In this document: positions 23,398 through 35,129 of the stretch, one piece after another | How the letters are laid out: every line of letters starts with the position of its first letter | Position numbering within the stretch: the first letter of the stretch is position 1 | Source of the DNA: Balanoglossus misakiensis | Lineage: Eukaryota > Animalia > Hemichordata | Reading direction: 5' to 3' | Assembly (NCBI GenBank): GCA_040954595.2 | Contig: CM082595.2 | Location: 10,219,918-10,283,917, forward strand | DNA length: 64,000 bases | The notes under the pieces: model-generated | The model's input: the letters and a program-made list of their open reading frames with translations, nothing else | Databases searched by the model: none | What the model was told of the DNA's origin: nothing | Translations under genes and position numbers: made by a program

Positions 23398-23929
23398 TCG
23401 TTGAACAACAGTGAATGCAGTAAATTAAAAAGCCCCAACTTTGAATGCAATAAACACTACTATGGATTTTATGACCAGCACTCTATGGAGAGTAGAGCAC
23501 GATTCCTCAGGCGTTTGTTTTGTGTGTATGATATTGTTCACTTGTTCTGATCATTGTACTTACCCATTGTATACTTACCTGGCTGACATTGGTGAAGGTT
23601 ATAGTAGGTCATCTACTCTAGTGAAAATTCTAAATTGATTTGGTATTATTTGTTCTGGAGATACATTGCATAGATACATGTTGGGAGTTATCAACAAAAG
23701 AACATCAGCTGATTTCACAGAGGAAAATATTGCAAATAATGCATTTTGTATAACTTCCATTGACAATATTGATAAATCAGCTAAATATGCAGCTGTTAGA
23801 GCTGATCCAAAGGACAGAGGTTTCCACGGTACTTCTTATCAAATGGTCCAACCAAAACCAAAGTCAATTTTGAACAGTGTTGATGATATTGTTTTTGGCA
23901 GTCATGACAAACATTCAACTGTCAAAGAT

Positions 23930-24412
23930 TTTAAGCTAATCAACATATATGGTGATGGAAGGTGCTTTTTCAGGAGCATCTCTGTGAGAAATGATATTGC
24001 ATTGCAAAATTGCGATCATTTACCTAGTGGACTCCCTTCTGACCCAATTTTAGCTGACCGAGAGAAAATATTCGCAGACAAGTTAAGAGCAGATACAGTA
24101 GACATAATGCGTGCCAATCATATATACTTTGAAGGAATGGATGATGCACAACTTGATGTCCTGTTAGACGGCACTCGTTATATGGACATTTTGCACAGAA
24201 CACAATGTATGGAAAAGGCAGATGAATATGCTGGTATGCCAGAAATGATATCTGTAGTGTATGTTGCAAAATGTCCATTACATATATACACCAAGCAGAA
24301 TGATATATTTGCAAGAGGTGATGGTGATGTGTTCTCCAAGACTGAGCCTGTCTGTCTCTTGTACACACCAGACAGGCCAGGTCAACCAGGCCATTATGAT
24401 TTGCTTCTTAAC
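23930..24412 (+). pseudogene. OTU-like cysteine protease domain in frame within the transposase
   Basis: INIYGDGRCFFRSIS (D-G-x-C nucleophile motif), EYAGMPEM, LLY...GHYDLL (His motif), all inside ORF 23666-24559, which also carries SIDNID. Confidence 0.8.
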
Positions 24413-25511
24413 AGGCAGTTAATTAAAAGTAAAGATAGTCTGGTGAGTGAAAATGCACGGAATTCATTTGAACGGTGGCAGGAATTAAACAGTGGCTTTT
24501 GTTCACAAAATACAGTAGACTATGAAATGAATGAAATTTTTGGCAATTTGTGGAAATAATACTAAAATCATGGTTGACAGATCTATCTAAAAAAATACTG
24601 GTACAGGTTTGAGTGCACCTGTGAGAAAAGCCCGTACATTTACGGAGAAAAAAATCCAATGATACTGTTCATAATGATGTAGTATTTAAACCACCTCTAC
24701 TGAGACAACATCAACCACGGTCATCAATTTCGCTGTCAGATTTTGACATTAAACAAGAAGAAGCCATTGCTTGGTCAGAACTGTTTTCTGACAATTCATT
24801 TTTGCTCTACAGAAAAATGCAATGCACAGAGCTGATATAGAAACAGTTTTTGGGGATTTTAAATCAACATTAGCAACAAATGCTAACAGTAATGAAAGTG
24901 AATGCTCAAATGTCATTTATTTGGGCATATCAAGTGAACACGCAGACACCATTGAAACTTTCCATAACATTATCAATAAGCTGTATATGTTACATTCAGA
25001 GTTGGTGTAAGAATAAAATACCTGGTTGTGGTTGGTGATGGGAAAACTTTCCATCACCTGATAAAATTAAAAGACATGTATGGTGCAAATTTAGACTGGT
25101 TGCAGCCTTTTATCAGAGACTGGCACACTCTAAAAAATTACCAACCAGTCATCATGAAAATATTCTGGGATGCTGGCCTAAAACATCTGGCAGGGGTCAA
25201 TCATAAAGGGGGAAATTTGGAAACCCTAGTACAGTGTACAAATTTCAAGCTAACTCATCGCTTCCTAACACAAATTTGGGAAAGTATGTTTAGATGTATT
25301 GTCAATTCCTTTTTGAATAAGAGGGGTGACACCCATAATACCCAGCACTGTCCCTTAAATACAGAAACAGTCCAAAAATGTTTACTAGAAGCTGTCACAA
25401 AATCTTTGGAATGTACTGAAGATAAAGCTGATCATATTGACAAAATTAATGGTGACCTTAAGGCTCAACTTACTCGCTTGCAAGAGGAATTTCAGATTTT
25501 TTGTGACAGAA

Positions 25512-26143
25512 CACAGTACGATATTTTACCCACAATTCTCCATGATTTGTATCATCGAAGGTTGCCCATTTAATAACTTTTTCTGTTTTAGATACTAACA
25601 ATGATATGAAGTACATATAAATCTATTTATGTTTATCTAGGAAAAGTACGTTGAGGAATTAGAGTGAAATTCCAAAATCAAAATTTAAAAGCAATAAGAA
25701 TCAAAGTATTCATGTACTGCAAATGCCACACTTTGGAGGAAACAAGCAATGAGGAAACAAGCAATGATTGACTGAGGTGGCCAGTCTCTGTTGAAAGTTA
25801 ACATGTAAATTTCAATTGTTCTGTCAAAAGAAAATATCAATATCATTTTGTTTGATTAAACAGGTGTTTCAAGTGTCCCTGTTTTACTCCAAACTTTTTG
25901 GTATGGCTGGCTATGCAATTGCTTGATTATTTTATAAAATTCGTATCTTCTCTCTCAATAATACATAATTTTCTAAATCATTTGAAATGGTAATTGACAA
26001 TAAGATTCACCTTAAAAGTAAGATCTCAAAATTTCTATTAGTGGTCTACAATTCTCTCTACACATGTGAACTTTGCCTGGTTTGACTGAGTAATCTCTGA
26101 TTGTACAAATCAGAATGAATTATGGGATATTTCACGTACTGTG
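25512..26143. mobile_element. Transib-like MITE (copy 1)
   Basis: CACAGTACG...CGTACTGTG termini, 5-bp TSD CAGAA; removal restores the frame IFCDRRANTDKTFKFW. Confidence 0.8.
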
Positions 26144-26869
26144 CAGAAGGGCAAATACAGACAAAACTTTCAAATTTTGGGTTAGATTTATAGAGGAAGA
26201 TTTGTTTGCATACATGTCTTTGTACATTGCAATAAGGTCAGGAAATTGGAACCTTCGAATATCGGCTTTGAAAAAAATAAACCCACTGTTCCATGCATAT
26301 GACCGATCCCTGTACTTGAGGTTAATTCCAAGAAATCTTGCTGACCTTCTGAAGATGCCAAACTCTCTGTTGTTACATTTCAAAGCAGGTGGTTTTGTTT
26401 GCAATTTGTCAGGCTCAACTTGGGTTAATGTAGCACTAGATGAAGCCCATGAAATGTGCGTCAATAAAGATGTTAAAGCTGCATTGCATACTTCTACAGG
26501 TGGGTTAATGGAGAGAATAGCAATTTATTTACCCTATAGAGCTATGGCTGCCAAGAATCTAAAAGATCAGTTATTTCCTTTCCAAAATGAAACCCATAAT
26601 TCAGTTAGTGTACATAAAATACTTGAGTCAAACTGCAGGTTGTATATCAATTGTCTTGAAAGTGCTGATGTATTTTCACCACTTAATACCGCCAGGGAGC
26701 TAACTAATATATTTTCAGATGACACAGCAAAGAATAGCGTCAAGGACACTGTGGTCCCATTTGAGGATTATGCGGAAACAGTGACACACCCCAATAAAAA
26801 TTACAGGTGACATTGCAAGCAGATATGATCTTACGATATAGAAATATGGAATGTAAAAAAATTAACAAG

Positions 26870-27800
26870 GAACATGCCCAATAAACTGTCATGTGTCATT
26901 ACAGTCTTACAAGTAGTGCTAGAAAAAAAATTGACCAAAAATTGTCTGTACAAACACATATGAGAAGCAACTTCTTTCAGTCAGCTCTGAAACAGACAGA
27001 CAGACAGACACACACACTGACCTGCCACTGGTAATAAACAATTTAATAGCCCATGGTCTCTCTAACAGCTGGCTTATTGAAGTTATGTAAACATGTCTAA
27101 GTTGGGGGTAACAACTCCTTGTAAACAGTAACTTTCAAAACAACTGGACAATTGGTTTAGGAGAAAAAACTCGCTAAATATTGAATATTTCTGATATCAG
27201 AATTGAATAAAAGTTGCACATATACATGTATGTGTTATGAAATTATATCCTAAATTTCAAAGCAATCAGAGAAAAAACAAATTTCAAAGCAATCAACAAG
27301 CAGTTTCACAAAAAAATATTTGTTCAAAAGTGGCAAAAACACAAAATTGTACAATACCTTACTTCAACCACTACAAGGAACATGCTGCCAAAGGTCAATG
27401 CAATATGACAAGCAGTTTCAGGAAAACAATTTTTGACAAAAATTGAAAAAGTTTCCCCTATAACACATTTATGAAAATATCACATTTTTTACAACATATT
27501 ATTTGGGTTACACCTACGAACATGCCTACAAAATTGCAAAGCAATCTGGCATGCGGTTTTAAAGAAAAAAAAATTGACCAAAAATGGCAAATATTGCTCA
27601 AAATTATAAATATGCAAATTTTGCAACAATTTGAACAAAACTATGGTTACTCAGACAACAATTGGGAAGCTTCATACTAAATTTAAAAGAAGTAAGCCCA
27701 TCACTTTCAGAAATGAAGACTTTTTACCAATAACATGGAAAAATACAAACAAATGCATAAAAATAGGAAATCAATAATATTAGCTCAAAACATACATTAA
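26870..27800 (+). repeat. A-rich degenerate repeat insertion with (ACAG)n microsatellite (Helitron/Helentron-associated type); copy 2 at ~48715-49590
   Basis: Recurrent AAATTTCAAAGCAATC and AAAAATTGACCAAAAA motifs plus GACAGACAGACAGACACACAC; interrupts the transposase. Confidence 0.4.
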
Positions 27801-29566
27801 TTGTAGGCCAAGCAAGAGAAAACTAGTGAACTTCTTGTCAGCCACATCTTTACAAATAATTGTACCGGCTCTGCAAGGTGATCATGTCCTCATTACAGCA
27901 GGTGGCTTTGATGGGGAAAATAGGGACAAGAGTCTTTTCGTCGGTAGTAATGGAATTGTGTCTGAGTGGGAAGCCAAAAGTTGTCATGAAGAAGCTGACA
28001 GTAGATGCATCCTTCATGCAGTTCAGTCCTCTTACAAGAAAGGTGTTATTTACTCCCCTGATACCGATACTTATCATGTTCTCCTCCCAGTACTATATCA
28101 ACATGTTCAAAAGGAGATATTTGTACAACTGGATAATGATTTATCCAATCTCACTTATTTAGACATGAATCAATTCAAATCAGATTTAAATTTAGACCCT
28201 TATTTGCAACATATTCCCCTCCAATATGTAGGCAAAATATTTCAAACAGTGTTCATATGCACAGGTTGTGACTATACTTTGCAGGCATCGGAAAGATATC
28301 TTTCTACAAGACATTTTTTCAATACCCTGAATATATAACTAGTGGCACCCTTATACCTGGAACACTGATAGACACAACAGTAGACAGTGTAGGGAATGGA
28401 ATTTTCGCTTTCATACGTTTAAAAGGTAGTGTTTATGTTAAGAAACATTTCCAAGCATTTGATGCATCTCATCCTTTTGAACTTTATCAACAAGTAGCCA
28501 GTGTCACTAACAGTCTTAAAGATAACCACATCAAATGGCTTACATATATACGAGAAACAATTTGGCCACGTATCCAGTATGAGGAAGAATGTATCCCTTC
28601 CTTTGAAGCCCTACAACTGCACTGGAAAAGATCATGCTGGGTCTCTCAGTTATGGTCCCAGGCCGATCAGTGCCATGTTACGTTTCCCTTATTCAATAAT
28701 TATGGATACAGACTAAGCAACGGCGAACTTGATATTATTTGGGACAGTGATGCCAATTTAGAAAAAGTGAAAAATAATTTGGAGTTGCTAACAAAAGGGT
28801 GTGGCTGCAAAAAGATGCCAACTTGTAATAGCAGATGTTGTAAATGTTTATAAGACCCACAATGGTTGTGGCCCTGCGTGTCAATGCAATGACTGCAGTA
28901 ATCCACATAATGGGAACCCTGGATTCTGTACCACATCGAAAAAGTATGGGGTATGCCCAAAATATACAGATAAGTCACCACTATTAGAATCACCATCACC
29001 AATCACTGATACTGAACATCATAATATGGAAAATAGCATTTCGAATTAATTTCTTTTCACGGATGTCGGGACCGATATTAGACCTCTCTGTCAGGAAAGT
29101 TTGGTTAACTTCCGAGGTCGTTTTCAAATGATTTTTGACACGTTTGTGGACGTCTCTTTCGGGGTCACCAACATACCACTGAAAACACGTTAAAAACTTC
29201 TACTATTACCGACAGATTTTCATAAAATTTACGTCTGCAGTGAAAAATGGGAATCACTTTCGTAATTTATCCAGCTAACATGGTATTTTATTGCACAACA
29301 GAGCATAAAAATCAAGTTGAAAATCACCTTGAAAATTGGCCTATTGCAGTCTGTTTGAAAGTTAACGGTCGCTCGCTTGATAAACTTTCATATGCAAATG
29401 AGCACCGTGCGATCTGACTGTGTATATGTACTCCGTGTAGACTGAATGGGACCACTGTGTCCTTGATGCAATTTTTTACACTTATCAGGTATATGTTGAC
29501 TAACACAAGCAAAAATTTCACCAACTCATCTGAGAAATCTTATCCCAGGTCCTAAGGTTGTGAGAT

Positions 29567-29975
29567 TAATAGAATCTTACACTCCCAAGGACTAGGGGTC
29601 ATAATTCTGACATGAGTTGGGGATTTTCTGTCCCACACGAGCCGCAGGCGAATGTGGGACAAAACATCCCTGACAAGTGTGGGAAATATGATCCTAGGTC
29701 CTTTGTGTATGAGATTATATTTCTCACACGGGCACAAATTAGCCAAATTCGTCTTAAAACATTGAATAAATGACTCTTGAGTTGTCATCTGGCATGTTGT
29801 AGTTTCTTTATCCTGTCATTGGATAACATTTAGCGCACGTTATTGAAAAACGCTTTGTCATCCAATCAGCGCTCGCGTCATATACAGCTTTCGATTCAGT
29901 GAGTGTGTGGGATTGATTTGTTCTTACACTCTGATCCCACACTCTCAGCATGCCAGGAGTGTGAGAATCTATATA
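29567..29975 (+). mobile_element. Hairpin-headed (Crypton-like) element, family 4; second copy at ~52929-53337
   Basis: Hairpin with apex CACACGAGCCGCAGGCGAATGTG; distal pair TTCTCACAC / GTGTGAGAA. Confidence 0.55.
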
Positions 29976-30297
29976 ATTAAGATCTACGAGTTTGAAATTT
30001 TAGGTGAAGAGTTTATCAATTTCTTTGCCAACCCTGTAGGGCATTCTGGGATATGTGTTCATGCCAAAGCACAAACAGTTATGACCTGACAGCTCAGTTT
30101 GTACATCATTTCTACAAATCCACAAAGAAACTGAACGTTTAGAAAAGTCAGGCCTGTTAGAAATATTAGAAATATCACTGTTAATACTTAATTTCAAAGC
30201 CATGTGAATTTGTTCAATTTAAGAAAATTTTTAAAGGAAGGGAGGATAGGTATTGACTTGAATAATTACAATGGATGTTTTTGTTTTCTGTTTTCAG

Positions 30298-30417
30298 ATG
30301 TGAATGAGTGTTCAGATTCTGTTTGTGCTGGAGGTTGTCACAATGCAGAGGGTGGATTCAGCTGTAGTTGTGGTGATGATGGTTTTTCTCTGAGTGCAGA
30401 TCATGTCAATTGTTTAG
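30298..30417 (+). pseudogene. Calcium-binding EGF exon 3 (open frame, copy 1)
   Basis: 120-bp phase 1-1 exon tttcag|DVNECSDSVCAGGCHNAEGGFSCSCGDDGFSLSADHVNCL|gtaag. Confidence 0.88.
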
Positions 30418-31635
30418 GTAAGTTTTTTTTTTGAGTGGGGAGGGTATAGGCTAACAATGGCTTTGCATTTCCTGCCACAAAAGGGTGCTTACAGAAGTTG
30501 TAAGTTGCAGAGATTACAGTCAGTCACCATGTTAAAAAAGAAAATAATTTAAAGTTATCAGGCACTTTCCATAGTTAGAAATTAAAAATATAGCGTCAAG
30601 GACACTTGGTGCTCTCTCAGTGTGTAGTGGATGACGAGCAGAATGTTTGGAGAACAGTGCAAACACCACAGTGAAATGCTGAACTGATTTGCTCATGTAA
30701 TATTGAATGCAGCCTGATAAGGTGGGTGCTTGACAGGGGGAAAAACCACTTGTCCTGGGCTCTAATAACTGTTTTAAATTAAGTCTTAAAAATGGCCTGC
30801 ACTCACAAATGGCCTCACACAAATATATTGTCATTTCCCTCTCAGATTCTGTATCTTATGTTATACTGATGGAATTCATTGTGTATGTCATATCAAATTG
30901 CACCAGTGCAACTATGAGAAATGTGTTTTGAAAAAAACAGTGCAAGCAGAAGTACTAGTCTAAAAGTGAAAGAAATACATTTGGAAAAAAAAAATATCAG
31001 ACAGCATTCAAGATCAGCTGAAGTGTTTTGATAAAATTTATCCATATTCAAGTATATACTGTCATGTGCTGACTATAGTAGTGTAGGTGGTAGCGAAAAA
31101 AATACATGAATTGTTCAAACAGAAAGTACAATCATTTAGTTTCCCCAGTTTATGGGAGCATAGCAGTTGTGAACATAGTATATGAAATAAATTAAAATAG
31201 TCATTGCTCTCTGGTCCATCATTTTCGGTAGAAGTGACCTGATTTCACATCAATAGTTTCCCACCCGTCATTTCCAGCTAATTTCATGTAGAACAAAATG
31301 CCTATACAACATAATACCATTTCTAGAACCTTTTTTGCTGGTTGGGCCCACAGACTAACACTAGTGGTTCTAAAAAGAAACTTCCATAACAACCTGTATG
31401 CTTGACGCATTCAAGTCAGGGCACACCTAACCCATTCAAAATATGCAAATTAGAAAAAGACGCATATGCATTATTTGTGTCCCCAGAGACACACACAGGA
31501 AATCAAGCGAGTGCGGCCACTAGCTGGAAGAGCTGAATTCAATGGATTGCTATACAATGTTCATGATACAGGGGGTGATGATCAATGAACAGAACAGCGG
31601 TCCACTTTCACGCATTGTAGTGCACTGATCATGGC

Positions 31636-32209
31636 TAGACTGTCGACAGTCCCTCGCGCCTAATGTGTATCGATTCGGCGTTTCGTGCAAGGGCCGAAGG
31701 CCCGATTCGGCGTTTCGTGGTGCGAGGGCCGTAAGGCCCGAGAGACTGTTATAGCTTGTAAGCCTTGCCTTGATATTAATTATGCGTGCAGAAAATGACG
31801 TAGTAAAATTTGCATATGGGGGCGTGAATCAGCGGCGATACAACCAAAACTATCGATGACGGTTCCTCGGTAAATTCGCCGATCTTGTCCAAGAGAAAAG
31901 GTGCGATTTCATACGCCAAAGACTTCCCAGTGCCCGTTGGCGACGCCACAAAAACATCTTTGCCGTTTATGAGTTTATGACGTATATTAACTGTCAATCA
32001 TTTTACAGGGGCATTTTCCCACAGTGCCCGTGTGAGGGCGAAACAAGGTATAACAGTCCCTCGGGCCACGCCCACGCCCGAGGCCTTACGGCCATCGCAC
32101 CACGAAACGCCGAATCGGGCCTTCGGCCCTCAAAAGATACGGGCCTTACGGCCCTCGAACGAAACGCCGAGTCGATACACATTAGGCGCGAGGGACTGTC
32201 GACAGTCTA
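31636..32209 (-). mobile_element. AcademH-like internal-deletion derivative carrying a RecQ-type helicase fragment, copy-1 specific
   Basis: TIR TAGACTGTCGACAGTCCCTCGCGCCTAATGTGTATCGA at both ends; TSD ATCATGGC; empty site at 54988-54995; minus strand encodes GKDVFVASPTGTGKSLAY...VLVVSPLI. Confidence 0.85.
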
Positions 32210-32952
32210 ATCATGGCAAGTTGATCATGTCAAAACAAACGACGATGTTAGATAGCAGTGCTTCGCAAGTTTGACTAATTTGTATGAAAATCGTCTCGCC
32301 AAACTTTTTTCTCGCGGGTAGCAAAAACACTGCTGGCTAATCCGTTCCGATTTCTGCCCCTGTTCCAATTCTTCCGCAACACCTCAAAGCTACACACCAC
32401 CGCCAAAAACACCCCTACTAGAAAATGGTATGAATTCTTGACGGATGGAAGTAGTTTGACAGACGGCGAAAGATGCAGTGCGCAACTGAAACTGCTGCAT
32501 CAGAGTTCTTGTGCTCCAACTGCAGGAAGGATTGTCATTCCCGTATTGGTCTGACAAGCCACTCACGAAGCTGTTTTAAATCATAGTGCATCATGCCATA
32601 GTCTCTCGAGACTGAAAGTTGCCTACTAGTAGCTCATACCCAACTTGACAGACTCCCCTGTTTACACTTCGGAGCCAAAAAATGAGTTTGTTGTCTCGTG
32701 CATGATATTTTTGGCTTTCAAACACTACCTTGTTAAATGTAATGTGGTTACTACATTGTTTGTTTATCAGTATACAGTACTGGTACAGATAAACATATGT
32801 AATGACCAAGTTATAATATGCCAGATGATATTTATTAAGTTTCACACAATTTTGCTCTCTTATCGTATATTTTCAAATGTGTACTCAAAGAAAACTGTAA
32901 TTCACATGTATTCATTCTAACACATTTTATGATATTTGTGTTTTCCCCGCAG

Positions 32953-33064
32953 ATGACAATGAGTGCGATCAAGCTGGTTGGTCACCATGCCAACAAGTAG
33001 ATTGCAACACACCAACCAGTTACCAGAGTGTGGTTGCAGACCAGGATTCAACATACATGCGTTT
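32953..33064 (+). pseudogene. Calcium-binding EGF exon 4, frameshifted (copy 1)
   Basis: ccgcag|DDNECDQAGWSPCQQVDCNTPTSYQ, then a frameshift into CGCRPGFNIHAF. Confidence 0.75.
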
Positions 33065-33223
33065 GTGAGTATCTACAATTTGGAGAGAAAGTAAGATGTA
33101 TGGGTTTGTACTTAGTGTCTTATACATGTATATGTGACACTGAAATCATATATTGTACAATCAGTCATTGGTAAATGTCTGCTATTCATGACACAGATCA
33201 ACATACAGTCAAACCTGTTAGTG

Positions 33224-34500
33224 TGGTATGATGTGTATTCCCGTAGGATTTTTGTGCTAAAATAGATTTTTTTGCTGTTTTGGCTTCTATGGGGACCCAA
33301 CTACCCGAAAATGATGGGGTGCAATTTTAAGGGCCCCTCCATCATATTTTTCTGGGGGGGGGGGAGGTACTTCCGTTTTGTGGTATGATGTGTATTCCCG
33401 TAGGATTTTTGTGCTAAAATAGATTTTTTTGCTGTTTTGGCTTCTATGGGGACCCAACTACCCGAAAATGATGGGGTGCAATTTTAAGGGCCCTCCATCA
33501 TATTTTTCTGGGGGGGGTACTTCCATTTTGTGGTATGATGTATATTCCCGTAGGATTTTTGTGCTAAAATTGTTTTTTGTTTTGCTGTTTGGCTTCAATG
33601 GAGACCCAACTACCCAAAAATCATGGGGTGCAATTTTTAGGGCCCCTCCATCAATTTTTTTCGGGGGGTCTCTTCTGTTGTGGTCACTCGAGGATATTTG
33701 TTCACCTATTTACTCTATCATCATGGGAATTTGGGCTACAATGAATTTATTTTTGTGGTTTTTGCCTTGGAGGGGACCCACCTGGCCAAAAATAATTGGG
33801 TGCAAATTATAGGGCCCCTCCATCATTTTTTATTTGGGGGAGGGGCAACTTCCATTTTGGCCACTCCGAAGTTGTTTGTTGGCCTATTTACTCTATTATC
33901 ATGGGAATTTGGGCTACAATTAATTTGTTTTTGTTGTTTTTGCTTTGGAGGGGACCCACCTGGCCAAAAATAATAGGGTGCAAATTATAGGCCCCCCATC
34001 ATTTTTTATTGGGGGGGGGCACTTCCATTTTGGCCACTCCGAAGTTGTTTGTTGGCCGATTTACTCCCTTCTCATACAATATTTTGCTAAAAATATTATT
34101 TTTCTTTGATGTTTTGGTTTCAATGGGGCTCCACCAGAACTAAAATGATGGGATTCAAATTTTTGGAACCTTCCATCATGTCTTGGGGGGGGGGGGGGGT
34201 AATCATTTTTGTTTTAGCCACCCTGAAGATACTTGTTCACCTATTTACTATACGGTTAGTATTGTCGTGGTATTTCTTGCAATTAGGTTTGCTCCTTTGG
34301 CTTGAATGCAGACTGACTGCCGAAAAGTGATGGTGTGCAAAATGTTGGACCCCTTTACCACATTTGTTTTTTTTTGGGGGGGAGGGGGGGGGGTTCCTTA
34401 TATTTGTTTTCGCCAACCCGTTGTAACAGTTGTTTTTTAATCGTAGATTTTTTCGTTTATTCTAAATTTAGTATACTAAGGTAAATTAAAACTCCTTTAT
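33224..34500 (+). repeat. Composite tandem repeat block (~150- and ~180-bp related units with G/C runs) at the duplication junction
   Basis: Repeated TGGTATGATGTGTATTCCCGTAGG and GGGACCCACCTGGCCAAAAA...GGGCCCC units with long G tracts. Confidence 0.8.
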
Positions 34501-34702
34501 TAGCCTGATCGCATCACCCTGTCACACTTGGCAATGGGTTACTGTTTCAAAGTCTCAGTTTTGTCCTTTGACTCACTGGCTTTTATTAGAGGTTCCTACC
34601 TTTAAATGTTTCGTAAAATGTTTAACCAAATCTGTCTACAATCGGAGTAGACATTGTTTACATACACCTGTTGTTAAATAATTGTACTGTGTTGTATTTC
34701 AG

Positions 34703-34801
34703 ATTTTTGTCAGGAGCAGGTGAGAAATACAGTATGATTTCAGAAGGTCTAAGTACTGCAGTGCAGTTATTTGACGATATGAAGAGTTTACGATATTCAA
34801 G
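34703..34801 (+). pseudogene. MED25: MED25 VWA exon (copy 2)
   Basis: 99-bp duplicate of 4351-4449 (EGLSTAVQLFDD). Confidence 0.85.
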
Positions 34802-35129
34802 GTAATTATGGTAAAATTCTGAGGTTAAAGATCATTCTCTAGTTATAGCCCCCACTTTTTGAGGTGGTTTATCTGTATGTAAAGCTCACCATGTCAACCA
34901 GGAAATGATTCCATACCGACAGTAAAGTACAACTCACATGTGAAGTACATTGAAACCTGCCTAGTAAGGGCACCTCTGGGATCACACAACATGTCCTTAA
35001 AGGGATACAGGCTCTCTCTCCCGATCGCTGCCCCTTATTCCATTAATTATATTTGATACAAGACACTATTTATGTTATTCTACATGTGGATATATAGTGA
35101 ATCAATATTCAACCACACACAAAGTATAT

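Larger units (their letters stand above)
21942..29040 (+). mobile_element. Decayed Academ (AcademX-type) DNA transposon with OTU-containing transposase, copy 1
   Basis: Colinear fragments: ILN*FG..S.DTL, SIDNID, HGTS..VQP, VGDGKT, DWH, RSGNW, DEAHE..NKD; XPG/FEN1-like HEEADS, SPDTDT, CTGCDY; LQLHWKRSCW; C-terminal Cys cluster GCGCKK..C..CCKC. Many stops and frameshifts; left end uncertain. Confidence 0.8.
3885..33223 (+). repeat. Large direct duplication, copy 1
   Basis: Colinear, near-identical match to 34504-55840 from CCTGATCGCATCA to CAGTCAAACCTGTTAGTG. The paired ORF translations are near-identical. Confidence 0.95.

Noticed and set aside
27237-27680. Lys/Gln/Asn-rich ORFs (also 49025-49468)
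   Set aside because: Translations of an A-rich degenerate repeat
31776-31997. Host RecQ helicase gene
   Set aside because: Only motifs I and Ia are present, enclosed by TIRs and a TSD, and absent from the sister copy
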